Part shown: positions 13,531 to 27,840 of the stretch, in pieces
Layout: the number at the start of each line of letters is the position of its first letter
Position numbering within the stretch: position 1 is the stretch's first letter
From: Chrysomallon squamiferum
Taxonomy: Eukaryota > Animalia > Mollusca
Direction of reading: 5' to 3'
Assembly: GCA_012295275.1 (NCBI GenBank)
Contig: CM022665.1
Span: 32,054,001 to 32,118,000, forward strand
DNA: 64,000 nt
Program-made: the position numbers and the translations under genes
Notes under the pieces: model-generated
What the model was told of the DNA's origin: nothing
The model's input: only the letters and a program-made list of their open reading frames with translations
Databases searched by the model: none

Positions 13531-16199
13531 TGTATTGTTTTATGTTTGTTTCTCTCTAGAGAACCATATTGACTCTATTTCAAGAACTTTCACAATTAAG
13601 GAAATAATAATTAGTTTATTATAATGCAAGAACAAACCACAAATCATGAACCACAAAAAAAAGAAAAAGCTTTCAAAATCTACAAAAGATTTTTAAAATA
13701 AGACTGAAAAATAAATTTAAAAAAAAAAGATAATTAAAAATAGGTAAGTAAATAAATAAATAAATAAATAATATTTAAAAAATCCACTAGTTTGATCCTG
13801 ACCAAATCTTCTTCTTCAAGACCTTCTCATCCATACTTTCAATTAGATCAAGTTTTTAAAAGTAACACATAAAAAATTAACTCTTTTACAGTTTTTTTAA
13901 GTCTCAATAGAATTAAAACTTTGAAGTAAAAAAAAATTCAAAAAAAAAAAAAGCCTAAATTGGGAATGAAAAAAACAACAACAACATTAATGGCTGTAGA
14001 GTTCTGAACAAGAGAATAGAGAAATCAATATACCTTTGAGAAGAAAGACATCTGAAAATGGTCATTACTACAACATAAGCACAGTTTGATGGCTTTTCAA
14101 CATCATGATAGTTTCAAGCTTCATTTTTTTCTCTTAAAATCTTTTTTTTTTAATGATTAAAATTCTTAAGCATACAATGAACATCTTCAGTGACAAACCA
14201 GAAAAAAAGAGATTATTGAATTTATCTAGTAATTGAATTGGATGTTTTGTTTGAAAAATACAAACTGACACAGTTCATCTGTCATTATTTCAGCAATGCT
14301 TATTGTAACAATTTTAAGAATTATTTAGCATTTTCATGATTTAAAAATTTTAAAATAAGTTTCTGTGGTTGTTTTCTGTAACAGAATGCAAACAATATTC
14401 TGAAAAGAGATAACTTGCATTTAACCATATTTTTATTTGTTACACATTTTTTTAACATATATTTATTAATTACATGCACAACAAATTATAATCAATTTCT
14501 TGCAGTAAATTAAAATGACAAATGTTAGGTTAAACAAACCTTGTGAAAAATAATTCTTTATTTTCCTTTTGTGACTTACAGTCCAAATATTATTCAATTT
14601 TTTTTTTTAACCAGATGGATCTAAAGACAGTTTTAAAACACAACTTAATCTTTAAAAAAAAAAAAATTTAATACATTTATTTCAAAATAATACTCTCTGC
14701 CACAGAAGATTCTGTTTTATGGAGCCACCAGTTAACTATTTAGTATGATAAAAATAGTAGAATGTGACTTATTTGGAAGCCGTGCTGTTTAGACAGGATA
14801 CTGATTTGAGTTTAGTCATGTAATAGCACAGTTTGAAACAATTCACTATCTGTTTTAAAGATCACATGAAAGAGATGCAATTTTCACAAATATGATATCC
14901 ATTTAGACAATACACCTTTAGAAACATTATGTTGAAACTGGATTACAAATAGTCATAAACGTTTAAAAAATAAAAGTTTCCATAGTGTATAACACATAAA
15001 CATACAGAAGCAGTGCATAGACAAATGACAACAGTAACTAATATTACATGTTTAGTCTAAATCATGATAGCTACCCTGAACTTCAAAACAATAATGATTT
15101 TACTGAATATAAGACTGCGTAGAAATAAAGATTTTACAATTATAATTAAAATGAAAGCTATAATAACCCTTTTAACAATACAGATATGCAGAACAGCTGA
15201 CCATGAATGCTGTTCAAGTAAATAAAAAAACTGTTGTATTTTATGAGGGCAACAAACATAAATGCTGAGTTCCTTTCATTCATCTTAATCAACCATAAAA
15301 GAACTAAGACTGGCAATTTCCTTATTGATCATCAATTGACAGGAATCTCGTTTGTGTGTACTCTTTGATTGGTAGGTGTAGTGTTGGCTTTGCTGTGTTC
15401 AGGTGTATTGGTAATCATTAACACACATTCACAGTTAACGCCATCATTACAGGATCAGTGGCCAAGTTTTACACTTCCTTATCCAAACCCCAATATAAGC
15501 AAATACAGGTTAATCAATGACGATTCATCTCATTTCTCAAGATGAATGTTTTCTTTGCAAATCAATTGAGAACACATCATCATCTTGCTCCTCTTTCTCT
15601 TTCTCTCTGACCACAAGTTTTTGTTTTTTTCTCAGCTCCTTGTCCAGATATAAATGCTTTAAGGTGTTAAAGACAGACTGATTAATGTTTGACCAGCTAC
15701 TGAATTACACAGAACGTAATCTATATGAAGACTCTCATTATGGAATACTTATCTTGATTAATGTGATAACATCATTTGTTTGACCATCTAGCCAATACAT
15801 TGAGCTCTTTATCCAAACAGACACGAAAAGGCCAATTTTCTATGTCTGGACAAAGGGTGAAAGCAAAGATAAATATTTGACATTGGAGGCACCTAGGCCA
15901 GTGTTGATGCATTAATGAAGATAAATCATCAACCACAGGGTCAGAAATGTGAAAGGAAAACACTAATATAGTTTACAAAGAATTCTAAAAAAAGGAAGGA
16001 AATATTTCTTTGTTGATGATAGTCAAGATATACTGAAGATAAAACATGAGATTAGTAGAATGAAAAACTATTATCCAGTCTTTTATTTATTTATTATTTT
16101 TATTATTTTAAATTGTGTAGCATCTTCCACCCGTCTATCCACACAATGCCAAAGAAAAGAAAAAAAGAGTTTGTTTTAACATTTTACTTTTTTTGTAAA

Positions 16200-16234
<35 letters not shown>

Positions 16235-16848
16235 TTAATTTAAATTCATTTTTCTCTGAACTGAATATAACAAGTAATTTTATAAAACTGTGTATCGAAA
16301 AGCTTTTTATATTACACAAATACCGATCACTAGCAGAACTTTCAGTAGTCTAAATGATTAAAAAAAAAAAAATAATAATAATAATAATAATAAAGGACCA
16401 CAGAATTAAAACCAACAAAAGAAAAAAGATTAATAACAGTTTTGTCTAAAAGTATATATAGTTAGCTGTATCACTATATCAGTAACCATTTATGGAATAT
16501 CAAAGTAAATGTTTTCCTTTCATCTATGTATATCATTGAAAAGTAATTCCACATCCAATCTTATCACTTTTTTAGATCAAACAGAAATGAATATTCCGAG
16601 ATTTTTATAAATTGTTGTTGTTAAAAACAACCAACCTTCAAAGGATGCAAATGGAAACTGGAAATGATTTATAGTGTAGGTGGTTGGTTTGATATTAACT
16701 GGTGAATGTGATTAAATGTAACAGTGGCCATCACAAAACAAGCAGTTTCTGATGAGAAAATCATGATGGCCTTTGCATTGGCTGACAGCTAAAATATGAC
16801 TATAAAAATGATAGCAGCTATTTCCTCAATAAACACCCAGGTTCCTAA

Positions 16849-16851
<3 letters not shown>

Positions 16852-16888
<37 letters not shown>

Positions 16889-16894
16889 ATGTGA

Positions 16895-16928
<34 letters not shown>
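16852..16928. repeat. (TG)n(AG)n compound microsatellite
   Basis: Seen directly in the sequence. Confidence 0.98.
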
Positions 16929-17244
16929 ATACTGCATATCATTAAGTATGATGACATTATTTTCTACTTTCAAAGTAATATAACACAACAGCAATATTTG
17001 ATATCCATTTTTCAGAACAAACACTGCCCCAACACTGCTAATTTTATTATTTACTTCCAATAGCAGTTTGTATAAATTTCCTAAATATTTTAAATGCTAA
17101 CTAGTTACATCTGGTCAAGTAATTTAATTAGCAGTAAACCTTGGTAATTTTACTTGAAATGAATGAATTTAAATTTGATTTTAACAACTTCTTGACATTT
17201 TACAAAAAAAATAAAAAAATAAAAAATAAAATAGAATGATAGGA

Positions 17245-17465
17245 AAGAATAAACCCACTATCACTGGTACATTTCTTGCTCTAATAATCTCACCAATTAG
17301 CAGCAAGGATTCTTTTACATGCATACTTTAATACACAGGAAAGTATCTATGCCTCTTTCTTATAAACCAGCAAAAAGCTTCTATTGTGAATGTACAAGGA
17401 AGGAATGATTCTATACCCTGTAGTACTTCAAGCCTTGATTTTAAAGAGTGAGATATATAGCCTCT
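17245..17465 (-). mobile_element. Decayed SINE copy
   Basis: attagcagcaaggattcttttacatgcat...cacaggaaagta...aaaccag core in reverse orientation. Confidence 0.6.
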
Positions 17466-20400
17466 ATGATAAGTTTAATTCAACATTTAAGATTTCTAAG
17501 TGGCAAATTTTCAAAGTCCTTTTTAAACTGAAATGATTCACTGCACTATTAGACACTTTTGAAGATAAAGAATATATTTATGAATGAAGATATCAACAGT
17601 CATAAATTACTTTCAGTTTTAAAGTGAAAAATAAGAATTATGTGGCCTCCTACTGAGCTTAAAGAGCAATATTATATGAATTATGCAATCTATTAATACT
17701 TCTCCAGAGTAAAATAGCTTTGAATATATTTATAAAAAAAATTCTGTCAAATACATACTGCTGGATAAAAGTTACAATATGCCAGAAAAAGATAATAATG
17801 TACAATAATGTATGAACCATGAAATTATTGGTAATGCAACTTATCTCCAGCAGACATTTATAGGCCATTGTAGTGATATGACAGCATTGTTTCAGCCATC
17901 ATTATTTTTCATGAATCTGCATTTGAGTTCATGTACTGGTAATGTATAAAATATTACTGAGAGATGACTGAGTTAAATCATATTTATTATTTTCTAAGAA
18001 TTCATAACAGTTTTAGTCGAAGTGGTAATGATATGTTATGATGCATTTCACCTTAAATATCATATTTTGTGAGAAGTAAAATAGAAAAAGACACTCAAAC
18101 TTGTGGATTCATGAAAATAATTAACTGATTCATACATATTAAATCTGCCATGATAATACTTTTGTCATTTTTGAAGGCTTAAACTTTTAACAATTATTAT
18201 AGAGTTTAGCTTCAGCTGAGAGTTCTGTATTGACAAGATGAAGAAGCTAAAAATCTCACAATCTCTCTTACATATTAATGCTGTCCTTCACCAAACAATA
18301 GACAATATAATCAAAATCTCCTGATTGGAATGCCCAGCATAATATGCTTGAATCCTTTTTGTATTTAAAGAAGGAAAATTAATTGAAAGTATTAAAGGGG
18401 AAATAAATTTGATCTTTTTGTGTCCATTTCATAAAGATGGTGTCAAGCTGTACTGACTTGGAATCTTCCCAATACTGAAATTCTAGTTTGTTTGAATTTA
18501 ATTGATTAATCCAATTTTGCATGAAGAATAATTTATACCACTGTTAACAAGGAAAGAAAAAGAAAAAGTAAGATCAGTGAAAAAGGAAAAAGGGATTTGG
18601 TATTCATGATCCCCAAAGCTTGGTCTTTTACCACTGACTTAGTATGAAGTAAAATATGTACTGCATGAGACTTGGAAATGCTGTAAAACCTTTCTAAGAA
18701 AGATTACTGTCAGAATTGGCAGACAAATCATTAAATAACAGTAATTTTGTACACAATAATCCACTCCAAACTAGTGAGCCTTTTTGCGTGACTGACGGGC
18801 ACACAGCTGCAGACTATCCCACCAGTAATTGCATCAGGCTCACATAAGGAACCTTATCACCAAATAGTGGTCTGAAAGCTACCATACAAACTCAATTCCT
18901 GCCATTTCCATATTTGCTTGGCACTAATAGGCCTGGTCATTGCTGTAAATCCGACAGAGTAATCAAATAAAGCCAGAGTTGTTCAGGTCTTTATTTTCCC
19001 TTCTAGAACATTTTGGTCAAGATTTCCCACAAGAATCTGAACTTCCTATCAAAATAATTTTTTGTTGGTCAAAGCTTGTGAAAAAAAAAATAATTTTTTC
19101 CCCTTCTCTGTTTTTCTGTCTAAACATTTTCTGCCCATGATTTCCCAGTAGGACCTAAAAATGGTTATTAAGTACAACTTGAACTTCAGTCTTCACATAG
19201 ATGAAGTCTATACAATAGAATTTGGATGAGCATATTGCAGTAATAAGGACTTGAAGGCATGACAAGTTAATCGACTGTACATAAAGCTACCATGTCCTAA
19301 GGGAGAGATTTCATCCATTTGCTCAAATCACATTTTGTATGAGATAAATTGCCAACAAGACAAAATGAAAACCATGAAAAATACTTTAGGCACTTCTTGC
19401 ATTGGCCTTTTTTTAAATTCTCTATCAGTCTTTTTCATTATTATTATTTTTTTTTTCTTTCATTTTAAAATCTTTTTAATAAACTGAGTATAATATTACA
19501 TAGGAAGACAAATTGTTTAAGTGTCAGCAGTGTGTTAGCTTTTGCAAAAATCAATAGCTGAGGCAGATATGGTGATATTTAATTTATTTCACATGTATTA
19601 ATATTTGTATTGAATTATGGTTGGTGTATAAAATTCTGGTATGTGACCTTTAGGCTTACTTACACTTCACTGGAATAATAAACATCTGAAAAGTAAACAG
19701 TCGGTTTTACATCATGATTATAATATTGTAAACATTAATTATTATACCATGTAAAATTTAAACTTTTTATCATATGGCATATAAAAATGAATAAAAAAAA
19801 CAACAAAAAAATAATAGATAATGATTATTATGAAAAAATGTATTTTTATTAATGAGCTTTTTATTATTAACAACAGGTAAAAATATTTGTTTTAAGGAAT
19901 GATCAAACACAAAATCAGTTCTATTCATTGCACCTGTTAGATCATTTCCTTTCATGCCACCTGTTTAATTTTCCATTGCTTTAATATGCTTTAAACTGCT
20001 TTAAAGTGCCTTTAAACCAATATCTATTTATTCATTATTAACAATAAATAAATAAATAAAATAAAATAAAATAAATGTATCTGATAATCAAACACTTGCT
20101 ATTATCTTAAAGCTGAAATCTTTGGTTAAATTTAACATTTCAATATGACTGCATTTAGCTGAAAGGTTTATAATCCTACTCTCCATTTTGTGTAAATCTA
20201 GAGCTCCCTCTGGTGTGATATGATGAAAAATGAGAGTTATGTTACACATTTGTATTATTCATTTAGTATTGCATTAATCTTCAGCTTACTGTTTATGATG
20301 ACTGGTATTTTGAATTTATAACAAATAGTGTTTCAAACCTGTAGTAACAGTTAATACTGCAAATAGTATATAAGTATAACATGGTCTTAATAAAATCATT

Positions 20401-20984
20401 AAGTAAATAATAATTAAAAAAAAAAAACATTACCCCCTCCAAAAATATTATTTGTAAAAACCAGTTTGCTGTAATTAATTGTATTTTAGACCTATAATAG
20501 GGTTTATGTTGCAGATTGTATGTATGTACAATATGGTTAATCAGTTATTCACATAATAAAATCATTTATTAAATACAAAAATCAGTTTGCTATCAAGAGT
20601 AATTTTTATTTGAAATTTATAAATTATATTGTAAATCTATATTGACAGCTAATGCTAACATGTAAGTATAACATGGTTAAACAAAAATTATTTTCAATTA
20701 AAAATATTTTAAAAGTTAGAATCCTATATATCTGACATTTCTATTAACCTGCTATTTACTGTTATGATAATTAGTATTTATAATTTGTAGTAACATTCTA
20801 AATCTATTGTGACATCTATGCCTTTAATAAAATCAAACAAATAAAATCTCATACATTTAGCATTAATAATAAGTTTACTGTTTTAATGATTTAATTTTTT
20901 AAGTTTTTTTTATTATATTTTTTTTGTTTTTTACAAAATTCATGTATATATCTTAATATTAAAATTAAAAATTCAACATTTTGT

Positions 20985-20986
<2 letters not shown>

Positions 20987-21016
<30 letters not shown>
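20987..21016. repeat. (AC)n microsatellite
   Basis: Seen directly in the sequence. Confidence 0.98.
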
Positions 21017-21018
<2 letters not shown>

Positions 21019-21126
21019 TTACCTTTGAGCAAGCTTATGTGTTTTTATTCCTTTTTTTAAAATAAAATATGAAAAATATGTTTATTTTATTTTCCATTAT
21101 TGATTTCTAAATACTGAACTAAACTG

Positions 21127-21160
<34 letters not shown>

Positions 21161-21544
21161 CAAAATTATAATACAAAGAAACAAAAATAAGCTGCTGTCA
21201 GTGCTGTAACAGAAAAGAGTTGACATTTATTTGAAAATTTATTTCTCTGGAGTAAAATTCTATATGATTAGTCAAACAGAAGAAAATTCTACATCAGTGA
21301 AGCTGAAATGTGTTAAAAGATAAATCTTAGATTTATTATATATGATATTTCTTACACACTTATCAAAGACAGTGGTATGTAATGCCATGTCATTTCAACT
21401 ATATGAAATTTGTACGATGTGATGCAGAAGAAAATTAAGAGAAAAAAAGAAAGAAATACAATACTAATGTGATTACTGCATTATTGATGTAACAATAGCA
21501 AAAAACTTTAATAAATATATCTAATGTGCACACTGGTCTACCTT

Positions 21545-21805
21545 CAGTTCCAACCAGTGTGTATGCTGAGTTATCTCCCATTCCAACCAGTGTGCTTATT
21601 CCAGACAGTTTCTGACAAATGGCATATAGAGTGTGTGGTGGCATATAAAAGATTCCCTTTTGATAAATGTTAGCAAAAGAACAGAGAAGGAGAAGTGTGT
21701 TTCTTCTTTCATCTCATCTTTATACAATAAAAAAAACATATCTGACATGTAAAATCTGTTATACAATTATATCATGTCACGGTGTCATTGTAACATTCAT
21801 TCATT
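21545..21805 (+). mobile_element. Decayed SINE copy with a local duplication of ttccaaccagtgtg
   Basis: cccattccaaccagtg (21577), gcatataaaagattccctt, and a tail gtgtcattgtaacattcattcatt. Confidence 0.65.
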
Positions 21806-22117
21806 GAACAAACAATTCAAAGAAAATATTGCTTTTCTTTTTACTGAGAACAAAATGATACTGACTGTTATTTCTTTCAAATAATACACTGGATTATAAT
21901 GTAACATATTTGTGGTTACAGATCATAAAAATCCATTGCAATCAGTGCAGTGTTATGTGCTGAGTGATGAAAAAGTTATTAGCTATTACAAACTCAGCCC
22001 CTGCTCACTCACTTGGACTTCATGGACACTGATGTATATTGACAATGGTATTAACGGAAAGACAGCAGCTGCAACTCACAATATATTTTGAGAGTTTTTA
22101 ATCAATCTTTTTTTTTT

Positions 22118-22360
22118 TAAGAAAGAGAAATGGTGAGAGATAGAGAGAGTGAGAATGAATGAGAGAAAGGGAAAAAGAAAAAGGGATTGAGAGAAAGGGA
22201 GTGAGAAGTAGAAAGATAGATATCAAGAGAAAGGGGTGAGATATACAGAAAGAAAGACAAATAGAGAGAAATGGATAAAGGGAATGAAAGTGAGAGGCAA
22301 TGAGAGGAAGAATCTGTTAGCAAAGGAGAAGGTAATGAAAGAGAGGGAGATAAAGTAGAA
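22118..22360 (+). repeat. Decayed (GA)n polypurine tract
   Basis: GA-rich with very few pyrimidines. Confidence 0.9.
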
Positions 22361-24072
22361 ATACTAATCTATATGTGATATTAAGTAAAAGAAAATTAAT
22401 CAATAGCTTATGAAAGTAAACGATTTTAAAAAGAAAAAGGTCAGGTAGAAGTTGAAAAATGTTTTATGTATTTTCACAAGTTACCCATTACACAATATGA
22501 AAAATTAATGATTCTATAATTTAACCAAAATGATAAGGTTTGCACAGTGGATGTTTACAATGAATTCTTAATATCTTTTAGACAAATGTGATTAACACAA
22601 GAGCAGATGCAAAAAAAAAAAACATTATCAAAGTTGTTCATAAAAATAAATAAGAAAATGTCTACAGGCCCACCCAGAGCTGCTCTTAAATGGATAGTCA
22701 CAGACCACAGGAAGATATAAAAACTGTAAAAACCTGAAAGAATGCAATGGACAGAGACAGATATACATATAGACAGATATGTTGGCTCTGGTGGTATAGA
22801 TATATATTTGTAACAGGCAACAGTCACAATGTTACTTCAGAAAAGAAGGGAAAAGTCAGTAATATCAGTTTGTGAGAATTTTAGTTTGAATCAGCAAACT
22901 TTAATATTACATTAAAATAATAATAATAATAATAATAATAATATAAATCCCCAACAAAACCCCAATCAAAATAGAACAAAAAGAAACATTTGTCAGTTTG
23001 GAAATATTTATTCATTTATTTGTGTCTATGGTATTTCATTAACCACGCAAAACACTTGCCAGCTGCCTACACACAGTCAGTGAAACAATTACAGTTGACA
23101 ATTCCTCAGACTAATCAATACAAGAATACATCCTTTAAAGATAATGCACAAGTTACTAAGTAACCGTATTGCATAAGACTCAGTATTTCAAATTAGAAAA
23201 TGATAAATTGAACTTTCTCAAACCTGACAATGACAAAGTAGTCATGAGCTGAGAATGAAATTTCCTCTTCTTTTTTTTTCTTCTTCAGAAAATTGAAGAT
23301 AAAAAAAAAGGTAATAATTTATCAGTCATCTTGAATTATGATTAATGTCTGTTACATAATACAAAACAGACATCACAACTGCTAATGTAGTTTTAAATTA
23401 TTGTTTGAGATAAAATATTTCAAGTAAAATGACAGTGAATTTTTACAAATAAAGAATTGGGTAAAGCTAATTTTCATAAATAGTAGAGCAGACCGTATAT
23501 GTGTATATTAGTTCAGTAGGTGAAATTTTAAATAACAGGAAATAAGAATATCTAATATACAATACTAATATAAAATTAATTCAGGTAAATAAGTTAATTA
23601 ATAAAAGAAATGAAAAAACCCATAAAATCCATATTTATTTAGAAACAGAATGATATTTTTATTTAAATATTTTTTTCTCAGAATCAAATGTTAAAAAATA
23701 CTTAATAACAATATTAAATAATTATAAATAATTTCAAATACACTGTGTACAAGTGAATTGTAATAATTATGAAGACTTTTTAAAAATGACTTGATTAATA
23801 TTAACTAAATCAACATAAAATAATTAAAAACCTTTATTAATACAAAACATTAAGACTGTTCCACTTAAAAAAATTAATAAAAACAATACACTAATTTACA
23901 AATATAAATGAACTTTTGTATGGTTTGTATTAAAAAAATAATAATTTTATAATGCCATTAAAAATAACAGTTCTGAAGGCTGGTTCAACAATAAATTAAT
24001 ATTCAGATGTGACTGAACATTATTTAAATCAACACTGAGCAGTTATAAGCATTCTATAATATAATAATGTCA

Positions 24073-24075
<3 letters not shown>

Positions 24076-24120
<45 letters not shown>
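24076..24120. repeat. (TC)n microsatellite
   Basis: Seen directly in the sequence. Confidence 0.98.
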
Positions 24121-24125
<5 letters not shown>

Positions 24126-25469
24126 ATATATATATATAAATAGAAGCCTCAACAAACACACTGGAAGGTAAAAATGTGTTTTCAGTTCTCTCTGTCTACA
24201 ATAATCTGTCTACATCAGATAACACTGAACCAACTGGTCAACACTTATCATGTGACACGATACAGCCACAAATGTCAAGACATCACAACAAATCAATTCA
24301 AATCTTATTTGTATTGCACCACAGACATAACAGTTTGTGTCAGATGTGTCCATGAGGAATATGCTTGAACCACAGGAAATGGATATTTATATTATGAAGG
24401 ATGTGTCGTATGCCATTCCCATATTGTACAAACATGATTCACTTAATTAGATATGAGAATATATGAATAGGCAATATGTAAATAGAATTTCATACACAAA
24501 CAATGTAGACAGTCTTTAATATGGTAGATATACATCTGAACCGTATTTTAATTATTATTGTTTCTTGGGTATTTCCAATTCCAACCAAAAGTCTTTATAT
24601 AATTATTTAAAACTATACAATATGTATTCAATTTGAAGAAAAAATAATCATAAACTATTAAAGATATTCTCCAAACACATGAATTTTAGCATTCAGATTT
24701 TTGAAAGCAAATTGTTCTGTAGAGTAAAAAATTAAAAGCAAAACAATCTTTCTGGAAGCATGTTTTATAAAAAAAAAAAAAAAAAAAAAAAATATTTTAA
24801 AACTTCAAAGTATTTCAGTCTTTATTTTATTTAAATTTAATTACAACAGTTGAGTCTAGTTGTGAATTTACAATCAGCCAGAGTCTTGGACAAAGAAAAG
24901 TGTTTTGAATAATGGCTTCACTTTTGACCTGAGAACCATTAACAAGTGGCCAACAGCCAAATCTTTGATCTCATCATTCCTATTGGGCAGTGATGTCATA
25001 CAGGATTATATTAAATATGAATCACACTTCATAAGTAAAATATTGTAATTTGTAACAATAACTGTTAATAAATAACACAGATATAATATGTACTTGTACC
25101 TATTTGAAAGTAATTGATAATGATAAAAGAAATATATATATAGCACACACACACACACACATAAAGCTTGAAAACTTAGTAACAGCCTTTAAAGTAAATA
25201 ATAATAATTATTATTATTATTATTATTATTCTTTTATTATTGTTATTATTATTATTATTATTAAGTTCTCTACAAGATCTTATTTTTAAAAAAATAAAGA
25301 ATTTTCTTTACTGCCAGAATCAACAATCAAATTTAGCATGTCATAATCAGTGGAAGAAATCAACAGATGTTTTTATGTATTTATCATACTTAATGCCAAA
25401 AAGTACTAAACAAATTCCAGACATATTAATGCTATAATGAATCACTTAATGTTACACTCTGATATTCAT

Positions 25470-25690
25470 CTAAACAATTTTTAGCAAGAAAATAATAATG
25501 TCAAAACAATTATATTTATTGCTGAATATAAAAATGAAGAAAACATTAGACTGTGTCATTCTGAATCAAGTGCTAACGTAACATTATTACATTCATCAAA
25601 ATATCTTTTAATAAGAAAATAAAGATGTCAAAAGAATATTTATTGCTAAAATAAAAATTAAGAGGCAAAAATTCAACATGTCATATTCAA
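25470..25690. repeat. ~115-bp degenerate tandem duplication
   Basis: aagaaaataa.atgtcaaaa..tatttattgct.aa.ataaaaat.aaga at about 25487 and 25612. Confidence 0.7.
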
Positions 25691-25825
25691 CAGATGTCAA
25701 AATTGGCTTCAAGGTCTTTTATGTTACTGAACTCAATATTACCCATCAGCCCTTGGGCTGTTTTTGATAATGTTCACTTAAGAGACAACAGGATTATAGA
25801 CAAATGGCTACTCCCTAATGTCCAA
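25690..25825. mobile_element. Old palindromic MITE-like relic
   Basis: Degenerate palindrome centred on caatattacccatcagccc-tt-gggctgtttttgataatgttc. Confidence 0.4.
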
Positions 25826-25884
25826 GTTTTAAAAAAAGACAATTGATTTATGCTGCACCTTGAGGGACTGAATTGAACTGACAG

Positions 25885-26400
25885 TTCAGTGAAACCTGGA
25901 GATGATTCACAAGAACTTGTCATGTAGGCCTGATTAAACCTTCTTATAGCTTAAGGAGACATGAATCATTCACAAAATTACCACAACATGTCTGGAGGTC
26001 CAAAAGATATTTCCAGGAGGGGTATTGTTCAAAGAGGGCTTGGGTCAAGAGGGGTGATGTAGTGTGGTAGAATTATTAGTAATTTTGTTTTAGACAAAGA
26101 ATACTTATACACTAGTGGTGACACCTGGTGGCAATTTCCTGCTGATGCTGGTGAAGGAAAATGTAATGCCCTGGAGGAAAGAGTAACAAAACATCATGGT
26201 TGTGTTCTTTGATGCTGACTGGAAATTGTCAGTTAAAACTTCAAGAAATGAAAGCTTTGTAATTATGTTCTGAAGCTTCCATACAGACTTGGGGCTGGCA
26301 AGTGAGTCTGACAGCTTTTTAATACATTCTGAAGAGCTCTGTAGTCTAGGGTTGGGAGTACCACAGAGGACACATCTATGAAGTGGTTTTTGTGGTTCTG
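25885..26400 (+). mobile_element. Fossil non-LTR retrotransposon (LINE) reverse-transcriptase fragment, I/Nimb-like
   Basis: Motif remnants in the expected order: KPGDD (25892) and SCRP (25920), cf. KPGKD..SYRPI; then QNIMVVFFD (VFFD at 26202) and LGVPQ (GVPQ at 26355) in one frame 51 codons apart, cf. HLVAVFFD...GVPQG. Contains stops and frameshifts; GC is elevated. Confidence 0.55.
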
Positions 26401-27148
26401 CAGTCCACCTATTTGCACTTATAAATTAATTCAAATACTGTTGGACATTTATTTTGATGTAAAATAAATTAAAAACATTAATTATATACAAATATAAAAA
26501 ATATAAATGTAATAACTGTAATTAGTGATTTTTATTTCAAAATACAAATAACTACTATTTGCTGCATTATAAAGATTATAAATATAAATTTAATTTAAAA
26601 GAAATTAACCAGTATATATTTTTTCAATATATATTTTAATATTAATAATAAGAATAACCAAAAATTACCATCAGTTTCATTTTTAATTCAAAAGAAAAGC
26701 ATACAAGATCAATTGTATCATAATTATTTAAAAACATCTTTCACTTCAACTCTTTTCTTCTGTCTACTCATTCTGACTAATACATTCCACACCTCTCTCC
26801 AAATTCCACACAATTACAAAACAAACCACTTTCTTCAGATCATTTCCTTTTTTTTTTTTTTGTTCCTGACTTATAACTTTTGCACCTGGAACACATCTGC
26901 AAAACACTGCAACCACTGGCAGGGAAAACACAGGAATTGATTTTTAACTCAGGTTGCTGCCACACACCTGGCTAAGCAATCAGACTACCTGCTAGTGAAG
27001 ACACAGCCAAATAGAATACACAACAAGCAGGGAACTAATTCAGTGTCTTTCTAATATGTTTGCTAAAAAACTAAATGTGACTGTGCATTACAAAATAGAA
27101 TATAATAGTCACTGGTAAAGCCACTTTAACATGTTTAAAATGTATAAG

Positions 27149-27212
27149 ATGGATGAATAGATGGATAGATGGATAGAGGATAAATGGATGGATGGATGGA
27201 TGGATGGATGGA
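27149..27212. repeat. (ATGG)n microsatellite
   Basis: Seen directly in the sequence. Confidence 0.95.
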
Positions 27213-27599
27213 TATGTGTGTCTATGTCTTTATGTATGTATGTATATATGTATACACGCACACTATTACTAAGAGCAAACTCCCACCTAAATTACTGATA
27301 TAATATCTTTTACAGAAATAGACATTATGATCCTACCCTGAGAGAATCACTGGCTTTATAAGTATGAATATAATGTGTAATAATTATGTTAACAGCCTTA
27401 CTCAGTGACTATACTAAAATAAATTATTACTCACTTACTGTACAGAACACTAAGTGATGAAAATATCTTTAAGGTTCTGGTCATATAATATGTTGCCCAG
27501 TCACACTGTTTAAAATTCCATTCATTGTATGTAGAGTTAGACTGCTTGTCTAAGGCATGTTGGGTTGCTGCATTAATCCTCGTTGGCACTCCCATTGGA

Positions 27600-27840
27600 C
27601 TCTTTTCTGGTGTAGTCAGTGCTTTGTATTTAGTTTGTGAAAGATTTGTTGCTAATGAGCAGAAGTAGCCCCTATACCATATCTGGTTTACAAAAAAATG
27701 AAAATATGGGTAGGCGTGTACAAAAAGTTCCTTATTGCTAGTCATTAAGAACAGTCATTGGTGGCTGGTTTCTTCTTTCATATAATAACACAGAATAGTT
27801 GTTAACATAAAATATATTTAACAAATATTCATATTAAACA
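27600..27840 (+). mobile_element. Decayed SINE copy
   Basis: tctggtttacaaa...gtgtacaaaaagttccttattgcta...ggtggctggtttcttc is colinear with the family. Confidence 0.45.

Noticed and set aside
16845-17063. CVCVCV and HTHTHT ORFs (also 46144, 48553, 57961)
   Set aside because: They are microsatellite translations.
27431-27745. 104-aa ORF
   Set aside because: Its 5' half overlaps a SINE copy in antisense, and it has no recognisable domain.
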